Below, in pieces: positions 11,489-25,739 of a DNA stretch of 45,736 nucleotides (positions within the stretch are counted from its first letter, which is position 1; each line of letters begins with the position of its first letter). This stretch comes from Proteromonas lacertae (lineage: Eukaryota). Location: assembly GCA_002245135.1 (NCBI GenBank), contig NGBS01000048.1, positions 1 through 45,736 on the forward strand, in the 5' to 3' direction. The notes under the pieces are model-generated. The model was not told where the DNA came from and searched no databases. It worked only from the letters and a program-made list of their open reading frames with translations. Both the position numbers and the translations under genes were made by a program.

Positions 11489-13543
11489 ATGATCAGTCTA
11501 AATAGAGCATTTTTGAGTATATTATATATTTATTTCTTTTAATAGTTGTGTTTTTAGTATGTGTCATAATGACAAATGATTTAGTTTCTGCAACTTTTTG
11601 GTTTTCAGCATTGAAAGTAAGAAGTCAGACTTTCCCCACAGTAATCATGACTAATAATGAATTGGCATATATTGAAGGTATTTCTATAACAGAAGTGAAG
11701 AAGTTTGTATTTTTACTTGAAGAAACACATTATTGGGGTGAGAATACAATAGAATATACTGTAAATAAAACTCTAAATGATGATAAATCATTTTTTATGT
11801 TTTCAAGGCAAGATATTGAAATAGCCAAATCAGGTGGTAAAGAGTGTAGTATTACTATAAATAAAGAATATAAGTTGAGTGAATTACAAATAAAGTGTGA
11901 ATGTTTATATAATGATATAAATACGAGAATCTCAAATTTCAATAAAACAATAACTGTTGAAGAATTACAAGGTGATTTATATATATCGATAGTTAGTGGT
12001 ATAGCTGATACATTATCATCAGAAGTAGCTGATATACTTATTAATCTAATGAAAGTAAATCCAAAAACATATCCTGTTAAAACTCATTATTTCGAATATA
12101 AAATACAAAAATGGAATTTATATTACAAACAATAAGATAATATCATTTTTATTTAAATTTGATGTAGAAAGCAATAATCTGAATGGTAGTATAGAAACTG
12201 ATAAGATTATTAGTTGGGTTGATAAGAGTGATTATAGTGAAATAATAATAAAGAAATTAGGTGGTAATTCACATATTGTAACTAAGATATATTCATTATC
12301 TTCAGATTCCGATATTGTTCATTATAAAGGAATATATGAAACTGGTGATAATATATTTTTATCATTAGTGGGAGAATCGATGAAGGAAGAATATATGGAA
12401 GAAGAGATAGAACTTCGATTAACAAACGTTGTGGATAATATAAAATATAGTTATAAAAACGAAAAAAGAATGAGAATGAGAATGACATATATTAATGACA
12501 ACACACCAAACAAAATAATAAAAGCTAATGCTATTGACAATTGGTTTTATGAAGATGTGACAAATGAGTATTATAAAGGATATTTCATTTCTGGTGAAGA
12601 TTTTGCTTATGTTGAAAAAAGTAAATCAAATGATGCAAAAGTGTTAGAAAAGATATATGTTGAAAAGAAAATTGATTTAACAGTTGCTTCACCTACTATA
12701 ACACTTTCTGATACAGATAATGATATGAAAATAAATTTGAAAGAAACAGTTGCAGGTTGTAATGGTAAAACTGAATATAAAATGTATTTTTATCTGTTTT
12801 TATTATTATATTTAAATAGAGAAACAATAAAACAATTATGTCCAAGTGCTAATCCTAAATTCCAAGAAGTTATAATTGAATTTTCAAAATCAGGTGATAA
12901 GGTGAGTATGACAATATCAGGAAAAGTAAAAAACATGAAACAATCAACTATTAAACAAAACACTCAACTCATAAATTTGATTGGTTTAGAAACATATTCA
13001 ATACCAATTGGAAAATACATAACTCATGAAGAAAGATATGTAAATGATGTTAATATTCTTGAAGATCATTATTATAGAATATTTGAAAGAATAGAAATGG
13101 ATTTAAGTGAAAGTGATAAAGAAATAAAAGACTATATCAAATTTGGAATATTTTTGAATGAAAGAGAAGATGTTGGTGAAAATACTGAACTTGGTATATT
13201 ACATTTCTTCACAATACCTAATTTAAATAATAAATATATAATGCAAAGAAATTTAACTGATTTTTATGAATATGATAATGAATTTAATTCATATGTTAGT
13301 GATTTGGATAAAATGACAAATGATACAAATAATAAATTAGATTCTATAATCAATAGAATATTTGATTTTATGAAAGATGATGATGTTACAACGACTGCTG
13401 CTAATACAACACCTGATACATCTGATACAACTGCTGAAACAACAATAACCACAATTCCTGATAGTACAATAGATCCAGATAATGGATTTTGTTTTTCAAT
13501 GAATTTCTTATTGTTAATAATAGTATTTTTATTAATTATATAA
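11489..13543 (+). CDS. Uncharacterised secreted, probably GPI-anchored surface protein (paralog B)
   Basis: Spliced signal peptide MISLNRAFL|IVFLVCVIMT; Thr/Asp-rich stalk then DNGFCFSMNFLLLIIVFLLII*. Confidence 0.75.
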
Positions 13544-13697
13544 TAATTTACAGCTTTTATATATTCAATTTTTGTTTAATATAATAGAATAATCCATAAA
13601 TATGAAAATACATCTTTAAAATTTGTCTGTTATAACAACAAGAAAAGAATTTAAAGTAACCAAGTATAGAGTAAATTTTAAATTTAAAATTAATTAC

Positions 13698-15881
13698 TCA
13701 TTCTATCCATGATTTCAATAACTCACAGTATCCATATCTGAAATAGACGCAAGGATATAAGTTTTCTTTAATATCTTTAACAAGTGTATGAATTATATTA
13801 TCACTGTCTTTAATATTGAATGTTCTTTTATTCATATCAAATATTATTTCATATTCATTGTTTTTTATATTAATTCCATATTTATATTTATCCCAACCAT
13901 TTATTCTATTTTCATTGTTCCAATAGAATGACATATCACCACCTTTTACAGCCACCATTTTTGCTCCAATTCTGAATTCTTCACCATATAGTTTGAAGAT
14001 AAAATGATAAATCCCTTTTTCTAATTTAATATTAAGACAACAACTTGAAGGAAAATGACATCCATAATGATCATTTCTTGTATTAGATGTAAATATCTTT
14101 TCAAAAGTATCTAATTGTCCATGTTCATCGTGTGTACATCCATTGAAATGAATTTCTATGAAAAATGTATTCTATATAAATACTATTCTTAATGAATAAT
14201 TTAATTTCTATTTTAACTTTATTACATGCATTTTTTGCTGTGATAGTGTATTTATTATCACAATACTCATCAGCAGTTCCTCTAATAATTCCATTACTTT
14301 TATCTAATGACAATCCTACAGGAAGATCTAAATATTATACAATGAATATCATAATACCAGGTTGAACTGTTACTTCCTCTACATCAACAATATCATCAAT
14401 TTTCGGTAATAGAAATACTTTTTCACCAATTTTCAAATCATTATAATATTCTGAATAACTAATTGATTTTAATTTATGATCTATTATATATATCATAACA
14501 ATTTATACACCTAACCATTTTTTTTGTTTTTTCATCTTCTATGATAGAATCAAGTTTTTCACATTCTTCTTCTTTGAGTCTAAAACTGTGAATATAATTC
14601 AATAGAAATTGATATTTATTTTGACTAAATAAATTTTTGTTCTTAAACAAGATAAACAAGAATTCTATCCCTAACTTTTCTTTCATTTTTTCAAATATCA
14701 TTTCATTATATTTCTTTCTATTGTCATCTTCTAGTATAAACAAAACAATTTCTTTCAACAATAATTTCTGTTTTACCTCATCATCCACAGAATTGTAATA
14801 ACAACAGAAAAAATCAAAAACATTAAGGTATTTTGTAGAATCAAATACTAAATTTAACGAATGATACAAGTTAATAGCAATCATAACCAGTTTAATATTG
14901 TCAGTCTTTAACAAATTGTCCAAATCATATAAAATATCTTCATTCTTCAAAGATACTAGATTAGATTCTATATAAATATAAAACAAAACTAATACTATTA
15001 AATGAAAATTCTTGTATATCTTCTTCTGGATAATAATGTACCAAAAAGTCATACAGAAATTGATTTTTTATTTCAGGAATTGAAAAGTATTTAATTGAAT
15101 ATTTTTCATTTTTGTTCATATCAGGGGTTATTGCTAATTCATTCATCAGTTTTTTATCTTCTTTATTTAAACTATTCTGATTATCGAAACTAAAATTACA
15201 CATTTCCGATTATATGCTTAATCTTGTTTTTTACTCTCAAATTATCTGTATTACACCTGTAATAATCAATCAATAATTCCAATAATCCAACTTCATTTCC
15301 ATTAAACAGTATTCCAGATGAAAAAATATATTCTACATTATCAATTAACAAATTGTTGAACAAACCACTTTTAATGATTTTATAGCTTTCATTCTTTATA
15401 AATTCTTCTAATTCTTCTTTCAATTCTTTTAGATTTTCATTTTTTAGTATTTCTTTCTTATTCAACAAAACTACTGCTATATTTCCATCTAGATTGTTAA
15501 TCACATAATCAATTAAAGTTGGAATTATTCTACTTTCATTATAACAAACACAAATTGATAATAGGTCAACACAATTCTCATCATTTATTTCTATTTCAAT
15601 CCCCTGATAATATTTTTCCAGCATAAAGAAGCTTTCTTTACTACATCCATCACATAACTTCAACGGCTCTTCAAATAGAGGATCATCTAGCAGCTTTCGA
15701 AAAGTATCATTGCACATATAAAGAATATATTTAAATGTTCTTATTTCTTCCTTTTCTATCTCCAATTTTAAGTCTCCAAATCCATTTCTCACTGCTTCTC
15801 TTATTAAACTATTTATCTTATAATAAAAGCCGATAATGTTATATACCCATCACAACTGTAAATTTCACTTTTAATTATCAT
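13698..15881 (-). CDS. BTB/BACK-like + putative Ig (He_PIG-like) + SPRY/B30.2-like protein
   Basis: GDLKLEI..IRTFKYILYMCNDTFRKLL..CSKESFFMLEKYYQGIEIEINDENCVDLL (BTB); VQP|DLPVGLSLDKSNGIIRGT..YTITAKN (Ig); EKGIYHFIFKL..FRIG..IFDMNKRTFNI..LYPCVYF (SPRY-like). Start MIIKSEIYSCDG| at 15881. Confidence 0.75.
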
Positions 15882-16169
15882 CCCAAATACTCAATACAAT
15901 GATTTAAAGGGATTTTAATGAAAATGTAATTCTATGTCAATATGACAAAATTACAAGATTATATTACATTTTCAATATTTCATATCCATTTCACGAGAAT
16001 TAAAATAATAACTGGAATTATTGATGAAAAGAGTATTTTCATAAATAAAAAGTGGTTGTTTCATGAGATTTTAGAAAAAGAAAATTCAAATTGAAGCTTG
16101 ATAATCACGATCTGATCTACTCTCAATTTTATCATTCAAAAAACACAATTGTTACAAGTCATTATTATT

Positions 16170-19100
16170 ATGAAGTCCTTTATACAAATATTTTTATGTA
16201 TATTTTAGTTTATTATACCCACTCATTTTTTATAAATGTTATATTTATGTATATTCTTATAGTTGTTAGCTTAATTGTTGTATTATGTACAGCATTTAAC
16301 TATGAATCAAATCATCCTCAATTCAAAAAGGATGTGACAATTGATGTTCTTAAACCTGATGGGATGGGGAATGGTAAATACACAGTATCTACTGATTTAC
16401 CAACTGGTTTATCGATTGATGAAACAACAGGATATATTTCAGGAATACCTACTACTGCAGGAACATTTCAACTTACAGTATTTTTTAATAAGAGAGAAGA
16501 TGATGATGATACATGTTCTTTGATGATATTCGGTATATTAAGTAAAATCTATAACTATAGTTCTGGATCCTCCTGTAATAAATTGTGGTGTTTCAAAATA
16601 AACATCTTATGCTTTAATAAACACTGAAATTGAATGTAGTTCAACAGGGAACATTCATGAGGACGATTGGTCAATAAGTCCAAATAATTTGAGAGGAGTT
16701 GAACAGAGAGGTTCTAGAATAGTATTTCGTAATTTTGATGCAACTCAATCTAGAACAATTACTGTAAGAGGTTCAAATGAAGGAGGTGAATCTTCTTATA
16801 AAATAGAGATAGTGAAAATTGAAAATCCTACATTATATGATGGAATCTATACAAGATTGAATGATTTAACCACAACTCCATGTGATCAATATTATGATGG
16901 AATTGAAGTATATAATACATTTCCAATAAATGGTGCAATGTCGAATCTTAATGATTTAACAAATCAAAGTCAATGGATTAAAAAATGGAATAATATTTAT
17001 TTCTCAGGTATTTTTACAACATTTAATGGAACTTTGGATGGATTTATTGATATTGAAACATCTGGTGAATATACATTTTATTTACAAACAGGTAAATCAA
17101 TGGGTGCTAGAATATATTTAGAAAATGAAGAGATATTATCAGATTGGGGTGAATGTAAAGAATGGAATGAAATACCATTATCAAAAAGTATAACCTTAGA
17201 AAGTGGTTTAAAAAGAGTATTTATAGAAATAATGGGTGGTGAAAGTTTAGATATGCATTTTGTATTTGACTATTCGACACCTGGTAGTAGTGAAAGAAAA
17301 ACAATTCCATTTAAGTATACTAAAGCTGAATTTGATCCTGTGATATTCTTAAATGTTGATGCTACATTGATTAGTTGGTTAAATGATGCAAATAACTATA
17401 CTCCACTTCATGTATTAAGAGGTGTTGCTGATAGTTGTTGGATAAGTAATGAAGTTGAATTACCAGAAGGTTCTGAAATTACAACTGATTATATAAAAAG
17501 CCATCCTCAAGAGAATATGGATTATAAAACCTATAAAATTAAATGTAAAAATTCTGATAGTGAAACAAATGAAATAACAATTCAAATTCGTGTAACTAGT
17601 AAAACATTACCTGGTGTGGTTGCTTATTATTATAAACCAAATAATTTTGACACATTATGTGAAACACGATATGGACCAACTACCAATGGACTTGAACCAG
17701 TTTATATTCAAAGACAAGAAAATGTAGAAATAGTTGAAACTGAAGATGATCCACATCCAGAAGGATTGAGTATTGATTTCTTAGATGATTATGCTGCTTA
17801 TTTTGAATCTTATTTAAGAATAAAAGATGATCAACCTGAAGGAGTGTACAATTTCCGAGTTCAGTGTGAAGGTGGTTGTTGGGTATATTTTAATAATGAA
17901 ATGGTAATAAATAAAGCTGGTCGAAATAGTTTTGATGATGCTTCTTATTTCAATTACACTTTGACATATGATTATTTATTGTATCAAGTATATTATTCAA
18001 CTCATAATGGTTATGCTAAAATTGATATTCAAATGAAATACTACAGTGATGAAAACTATGATTATAATATTCAAGAATATTATGTACCATCAAGCGATTA
18101 CTTTGTAATGACTCAAAGATATGCAACTTATATAAGTGGTCAAACTGTTAGTAATCAAGCAATTCCAGTAGAAAGTTTTTATTGTAAAAGTGTAACAGTT
18201 GAACCAACATTACCTGGTGGATTAATGGCTTTATGTCGAACAACTGCAATAATTGGCGGAACAATTGAATCTGATTTTAATCATGAAGTTGAAGAATATA
18301 CAATTACAATTGTTAGTACTGAAGATAATTCATATTCTTATCCAATTTATATAGGAATCAAAAGTATATTTTATAATGTAATTTAATCTAATAGCTTCTG
18401 CAACTCCAAGTGGATTATATATTCAAGATCTTGAAGCAGGAGAAATATATAAAGAAACAATTTCTTTAATAATTGGTAAATTTTATTCTTTACAATTTCA
18501 TATTGAACAAGGTTATGTTATATCATTTAGATTAGATAATATACCTGTTGGTTTTAGTTATGATTGGAAATCAAGTACACTTTCAGGTAGTCCAATAGAA
18601 GAATTAAATTCAGAATTACATATAGAAGCAATGCTTCGTCCATTTGATGGTGATAGAATGGAATTTAAATTTGGTTTAACAGCTACCAGTGGTTGTGAAA
18701 GTGGAAGTAGTATGCATGCATTTGTATTTTCATCTACTTTTAATAATGGTTATTTCACCTCTGTTACTGTTTTTGCTTCGAATGGAACAATGATTATTGA
18801 TTATAGAAACTATGAGACAGTTGATTTACCTTTTACACTCAGTCAATGTATTCCAATTGATGTCTATACAATTTACACTAATGCATTTTATGCTTATACA
18901 TTTACAGTATATAATAATGGTGTTAAAGTACATAAATCTTCCCATAATAGTTACGAATCTGCTAATATTGTTTTAAATACAAGTATATATTTATATAAAT
19001 AATAATAATAATATAGAACCAGTTTTACCAGTTTTCAATTATTCATCATCCAATGTTACTATATATTTAGGTAATGAAATATTAGTGAACATTATGAATC

Positions 19101-22100
19101 AATCAATCCAACTGCACTACCTGATGGAATTCTATTTGATAATATAACCGGTAGAATATATGGAAGAGCAAGAAGTTTAACAAATTCAACGAAATATACA
19201 ATTACTGCTACTAATGGCAAAGGAAAAGCTACATTTGATATGTTAGTGCATGTAATACCAAATACTGAAGAAGATGATTGTGAAAATGCTGAAAAGTTCT
19301 TATTTGGTTTAAAAGTATCCGTTCATAATCATATCCAGAAAGAGTAAGTTATGAATTGATTGATTCAAATGGGAATATTGTATTTAATCAAATTCAAGGT
19401 ACATTTGAAGCTAATACAGACTATACAATTAAAATGTGTCTTACAAAAGGATGGTATACATTAAGACTTAGTTGATTATACAACTTATGGTTGGGGTGGT
19501 TCAACAGCAACATTATTTGCAGGTGATTCAGTGATAGGAAAATATACTTTGGCATTGTATGAAGGAAAAAAGGATATAACAATGGATTGTATAAATATAA
19601 ATTTATTATTATTATTATATAGTATCTTATCTTATGGATACACATACTAAGTGGGAATATAGTCAAATGTATCAAGAAAATTGGATGTTAAATAATTTTA
19701 CTTCATCATGGCCATCATCTAGAATAAATGAACTTAATAAAGCTACTTCATCTAATCCAACTTATTACTTAAGATATCCATTAATATTTAGTGATTATAA
19801 TAAATATTCAGGATATTTTATTAGATTTACTCATAAATCTGGTGTAATTATAAGAATAAATGGAAGAGAAATATTCCGAGATAATTTAGGAAGTGGAGAT
19901 ATTAATCAAAACACTCAAGGAGACAGTACATATGAAATACCACAACAAGATAAATTTATATTACCAATAGATGATTTAAATACTACAGCCATTATATCAA
20001 TAGAAATTCATAGATCTCCAACTGATGAAAATTTCCCAAATGAGGATAAATTCTTTTTATTTCCATTAGATGGTGATGATGATGAAGATTGTATTCTAAT
20101 CACTTTATATGGAGGAGGTATTGCATCTTCATCAAGTGAATCTTATTGTAAAGGATATAATTGTGCTGATGCTGCATTTGATATTAATGATGATACAGTT
20201 TGGCTGGATGATTATGGTACAGTAAGTGGTCAATCTTATGCTGATTATACATTTGGTAGAAATAGTTATTATTCGTTTAATCAATTTAAAATAGTTAGTA
20301 AATTATTGTCAAATTATAATTATCCAACCCAAGTGTCACTAACAGGGAAAGTTGGATCAGTAACATACAATTTAGGAGAAATGAATCCAGTATCTTATTT
20401 TGAATTAAAAAAGAATAAACCAAGTATTGCTACATTTAATGTTGATCCTTATACATTATACACAGGTGTTAGAATTGATATACCAAAATCCAATCAAGGA
20501 TCTAGTACTTCTAAAGGAATGAGAGTAAATGAAATTAATTATCGTTTATGTCGTAATAAGAAATGTCCAACAAATATAGCTCAAGAGCTTCCTGAAGGTG
20601 ATTCGAATACCTTTTTCAAAAGCAATTGTTCTGGTGGTGGATTAGGTGAAAGATATTTTTATTGTTCAAATTATGCTGTTTGGGTAGAAATTAATTCAAC
20701 ATGTAATGAATTACCAGTTTTTATTACCTCCCTAACAACTATCTCTTTAGATGCAGGTCGTTATTATACAAATGAAGCAATATTTGAAGTATCTGGAAAT
20801 GTAGACACATATGGATTTATATGTTCATCATGTTCGAATGGAGAATTTATCCCAGGAATGGAATTTAGCACATCTACTGGTTTATTAACTGGAATGGCAT
20901 ATAAAGGTGCTACATATTCAATAACATTTACTGCGCAAAACAGTTATGGGATTGGCAATAAAACAATGACTATAATCGTTGAACCCAACATCTGATCTTC
21001 TTGTTTGGAATTATACTGGTGAAGTAAATATGATAGTGTATAGTGAATACAACGGATTACAAATTTTGTGGGTAGAAAGTCCAACTTCTGTTATATATTC
21101 TGCAATAACTCTTCCATATGGTCTTAAAATTGATTCATCAAGCGGTTTAATTAGTGGAAAGCCAACAATAGTAGATAATAGTATGTATTCAATAATTGTT
21201 AAAAATTCAAATCAAGAAGTAATAAAAACTATAAGATTTATAATTGATTTACCTGATGATCCAGTTGTTGCAAATAGTGATGATAAATTAGAATTAATTT
21301 ATATGTACAAATATGATGCGCATTATCCATTATTATGTTATGCAAAAGAATTAACATATAATGTAAATAAAGATTTACCAAAAGATCTAACTTATGATAA
21401 AATGACTGGTTTAATGAGCGGAAGAGTTACTGCTTCAGTTCAATCAGCTGAAACTTATAGCATTTTCATGCCAAGCTAATGGTCATACTATTTCAAAAGA
21501 TATTCCAGTTTCAATCGTAGTTTCTGATATTCCAATTTTAATAAGTAAAAATGAGTCAGTAACAGTAAAAGCAGGTGAAGAATTAAACAATGTATTATAT
21601 TTCACAGTTAGTGGTTCAAATTTAGTTTACTCAATTAGTCCTTCATTACCATCAGATATTTCAATGAATGAAAAAACAGGAGCTTTTAATGGTTATGCCA
21701 AATCTGAAAGTAGGTCAACAAATTATACAATAACAGTATCAAATGGAAAAACTATTTCATTTACAATGGCATTTACTGTTGAAAAGAATGATGGTCCAGT
21801 AATTCCTGATTCAACAGTAATAAAAGAGTTATCAGTAGCAACAGGAGTAGTAGTTTCAGTAAGACTATTTGAAGTAATTGGACATGGATTAAGTGTTACA
21901 ATTGTTCCTAATTTACCAGATGGTTTTACATTGTCTCATTCCGGATATTTGCAAGGTGTTGCAGTTTCTGATGTCGAATCTAAAGAATATCTAATTACAT
22001 TGACAGATGAAGAAGGGAAAACAGTATCAGTAACCATTACATTAAAATTCGTTGCTAAAAAATGTCCTGCTAATGATGGTTTTCCTGAAACAGTAATTGG

Positions 22101-22383
22101 TGAGCAAACTGTAATGAAATGTGGAAATGGAAAAAATGGATTTATAACAAGAAAATGTCTTTATGTAGATGGAGATGCTGTGTGGCAAATTCCAATTGAC
22201 GAATGTTCTTCAAGTATTGTTGGCCCATTAATTGGAATTATTATTGGTTGTGTAATTGCTGGAAGTGTTTTATTTTTAGCTGGATATTGTATATTTGTTA
22301 GATTTGGTGTTAGAACTAAGCATGTTAGAAAAACAACTGAACAAATAATAGATACATCTAAAGATACTGGTGTTAGAGTATAG
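16170..22383 (+). CDS. Large (~2000 aa) type I membrane protein with multiple putative Ig repeats, two PA14-like domains, galactose-binding-like and HormR-like modules
   Basis: Signal peptide; repeated LP.GL.ID..TG.ISG.P motifs; PA14-like GFIDIETSGEYTFYL..GARIYL and YLRI..GVYNFRVQCEGGCWVYFN; GVIIRINGREIFRDNL; CP..DGFPET..G....KC...G..TRKC....W....C; TM IVGPLIGIIIGCVIAGSVLFLAGYCIFV; short tail. Fragments join by introns or single-base shifts (about 20985, 21463). Confidence 0.85.
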
Positions 22384-22473
22384 ATTCGTTAATATGAGTG
22401 TTGTTTCTGATTATTTTTATCTCATTTTATCAAAAACACAAATTAGATAAAATTAACTTCAATAATGATTTTC

Positions 22474-23705
22474 TTATATCTTTACATATCTTGATACGAC
22501 AATTAAAGCAACACCAATAAACATAAACAAGAATGTCAAACCTAAGAACAAATAATTTCTCTTTCCTTTAATTTCATGGAAACTATGTAATAATAATATT
22601 AATAATAAATATACTAAAATAATCCCCAACAGCTAGAAACAATACTTGGACCAGGTACAATAATTGGGAAAGATAATGCATAAGAAAGTGCGTCATTAGC
22701 TACAAACCAACATAAATCAGCAATAGCCCACATACATCCACTAATTAAACCAGGAATAATAGCTTTTGGGTATAATTTAGGTTCTTTGTTCAAAATGCAG
22801 TATCCAACGAAGTAAATAGTAGATGAAGCATATACACCACAAAATAATGAAAACGCTAAATCAATTGTTTTAGTCCATCTTAATGGATATTTCTCATAAT
22901 CTACTTGAGCTGGTGTGAAGTTAATACCATAGCATACTCCAGCGCATAAAGCCATGGCTATACCAATAATTCGCTTTTTTGTTGGATTCATTCTCTCAAT
23001 CCAAGATTTCTCTCTTCCATCTATTAAATGTGATGAATCAGGTAAAGCATCGTGTTTATAAGTGGTTACACCATCATCAATTAATGGTTGATCTGTAGCT
23101 GTAGACATTACACCAAATGAACCAACACTTTTTAAACCATGTTGCTTCTTTTCTTCTTCACCTCCTGTTTCTGTTTTTACAAATAATGAAACACCAACGG
23201 AGACTAAGCAGAGTATCATACCAACAATATTTAACCAAAATGTCTTAATTTCGGCAGTTTGTTTTTTGATTCCAAAGAAACCTACTACACCTGATAACCA
23301 ACCAGTTAACATGTTTGATGATCCCCAAATGAGAAGTCCCATAGCTAATCCAATAGCTTGAATAATTGGAACAGTTGCTAAATTACCTGTACACCAAACG
23401 AAACCGCCTAACATTGCTCTCCAACTCATAGCTGGTAATCCCAATATTAAGTAACATACTAAACCAGTCATCCAAATACCTATATGGATAAAATGATAAA
23501 TAAAATAGGATACCTGTTGATAAAATGAACTGGAAAGAACATGCCATCTCCAGTTTCATACTTTTTGACGGGTATGAAATTACTTCCGAAAAAGAATACA
23601 GCGATTGCAGCACATACAAATCCAATCCAATCTATTGCAACATAATAATGATTAATTATTAATAGAATAATTTTCATAAATGTATTATAGATATATACCT
23701 TCCAT
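22474..23705 (-). CDS. TMEM144: Transmembrane protein 144 (DMT-superfamily putative sugar transporter)
   Basis: AVFFFGSNFIPVKKYETGDGMFFQ, AMLGGFVWCTGNLATVPIIQAIGLAMGLLIWGSSNMLTGW, PGLISGCMWAIA..WFVANDALS..FPII..GP.IVSSCWG; three introns and one apparent frameshift. Confidence 0.9.
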
Positions 23706-23923
23706 TTTAAAATGATAAAAAACACAATGATCTCAAGCCTATTATTTGATTTTAGAAACACAAATCTCATAACAAACATAGTCGTTTTATAAAATAATTT
23801 GGCTTGATTTGATTATTAATTTTTCATTTTGCTTTTTAAGGTATAATAGAATAATTATACACTATTTAAAACATATAATTTATTTTTACAATAGTTATAT
23901 TTGTATAATAAGGAGTTTAATAA

Positions 23924-25007
23924 ATGAGTGATTCAACTTACGTATATTTTGTTTATTTTTTATTCAATTTAATAGGTACCAGTTCCTGTTGCTGAAAGAG
24001 TAACTGGAATAATTATTCCACCACCAGATATCAAAACAGTGGTTAATAAGACTGCATTATTTATAAGTAAGAGAGGCAAAGCATTTGAATCAAAAATCAT
24101 GGAGAATCAAAAAAGCAATATATCATTTGGATTTTTAAATCCTGATAATCCTTACCATGCTTTTTATGAACATCAACTTGAAAAGTGTATTAATGAAAAG
24201 TGTATATATACATTTTAAATTTGTTTCTTATATATAATCAATAGTAACACAAGAAAGTCAATTAGAAACAGAAGAAGAAGGAAATCAATCAAATAATGAC
24301 AAAGATAATTCCAACAACAATGTAATCAGTGCAGCAGAACCATCCAAATTGGCACCACTAATTGCAATGTCTAGAAACTTACCAGAAGGCACACCTCCAG
24401 AAAGACAATTTCCTTGTGTTCATCCACATCTAATTAAAATGTTTGACATGGATTTGATTAAATTAACAGCTCAATATACTGCATTAAATGGTAAAAAGGT
24501 ATATTTTATTGAAATTTTATTTATTGTATATAGTTTTTAGCTGGAATTACAGAAAGAGAAGCCAAAAACCCTCAATTCGATTTTGTCAAGCCAACACATA
24601 TGTTATTTAAATATTTCACATCATTAGTCGAGTTATATACAAAGTTAATAACACCAACTGAAGGAGTCAAACATAGGCTTGAGACAAATATTAATGATAA
24701 AATGACAATATTAGGCCGATGTGTCCATCGAGTAGAATATGCAAGGAGAGAAGAACAAAAAAGAAAGAAAGTAGGAATTACAGATGAAGAAGCTGAGTAT
24801 AATGCAATTGATTGGTATGATTTTGAGATAGTGGAAACTATTGATATATCTAACTTGGATGATGAAACATCAAGTAAAACAAATCAACCTAATATTGATA
24901 CTGTATATTTATATATAATTATGTATTTATTTATTATTTTATAATAGAATGAAAGTGATATGGAAATAGATGAAGATGAAGAAGAAGAGAATAGAAATAA
25001 TCTTATT

Positions 25008-25038
<31 letters not shown>

Positions 25039-25595
25039 TACTACAGCAGCAGCAGCAACAACAACAACAATATCAACAACAATATCAACAACAATCATCT
25101 CAAAATGAAAGTAATAACAACAACAGTAGTGATTCATCAATTCGTGAGAATTACCAACCAAAACCAAAGGCAGTTCAAATGTCCACCACTTCCTTATACG
25201 ATCCAGTCACTAAGCGATATGTTCCAATCGAACAAAGTCAACAACACGCCAGATACAGTACAATAGATCCACGATATGAAGGACAACATCGTAAATATAT
25301 GGATAGATTTGAAACATCCAATCTAGCACAAGATTCAGAAATATCTCGTAATTTATCTGAAATGAGTAGTAAAAGACCTGATATTTTCCACGCTGATAAT
25401 GAAAATAATGATGTTGGTCATGATGTAAAGAGAGTTAGAACAAGTCAATATAATGGATCAGAATTTACTGAAGAACAAAAAGCACAAATGTTTAGACAGA
25501 CGTTGGTGGAGAAGCAGAAAGCTGGCTTATTCCCACAAAGAGGTGTTTCTACACAACCTTCTATTGGTCCACAACAACCACCTCCTTCACAATAA
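23924..25595 (+). CDS. SF3A1: Splicing factor 3A subunit 1 (Prp21/SF3a120); no C-terminal ubiquitin-like domain seen
   Basis: GIIIPPPDIKTVVNKTALFISKRGKAFESKI..FGFLNPDNPYHAFY (SURP1); DLIKLTAQYTALNG..NPQFDFVKPTHMLFKYFTSLVELY (SURP2); IDWYDFEIVETID; HARYSTIDPRY; KRPDIF. Confidence 0.93.
25008..25093 (+). repeat. CAA/CAG trinucleotide tract encoding polyglutamine in SF3A1
   Basis: Directly visible (CAA)n/(CAG)n run. Confidence 0.95.
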
Positions 25596-25739
25596 TAATA
25601 AATTCACAATATTTCTATTTATCAATATTCTTATATATTTTTAACTATTAAAACTACACACAAAAATAATTTCATAATGAAAAAACAATCAATAATAAAA
25701 TACGTTATATTTTATAGAAAAACCTAGTAAAATACTTAT

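Noticed and set aside
13540..13580. Blastocystis-type stop codons created by polyadenylation
   Set aside because: TGTTT-like tracts follow several genes, but every complete gene examined has an encoded stop codon.
20979..21480. Programmed +1 ribosomal frameshifting at in-frame stops
   Set aside because: No shared slippery motif at the stops; correcting an upstream homopolymer gives better peptides.
24970..25266. Poly-Asn ORF overlapping SF3A1
   Set aside because: Alternative frame of the CAA tract.
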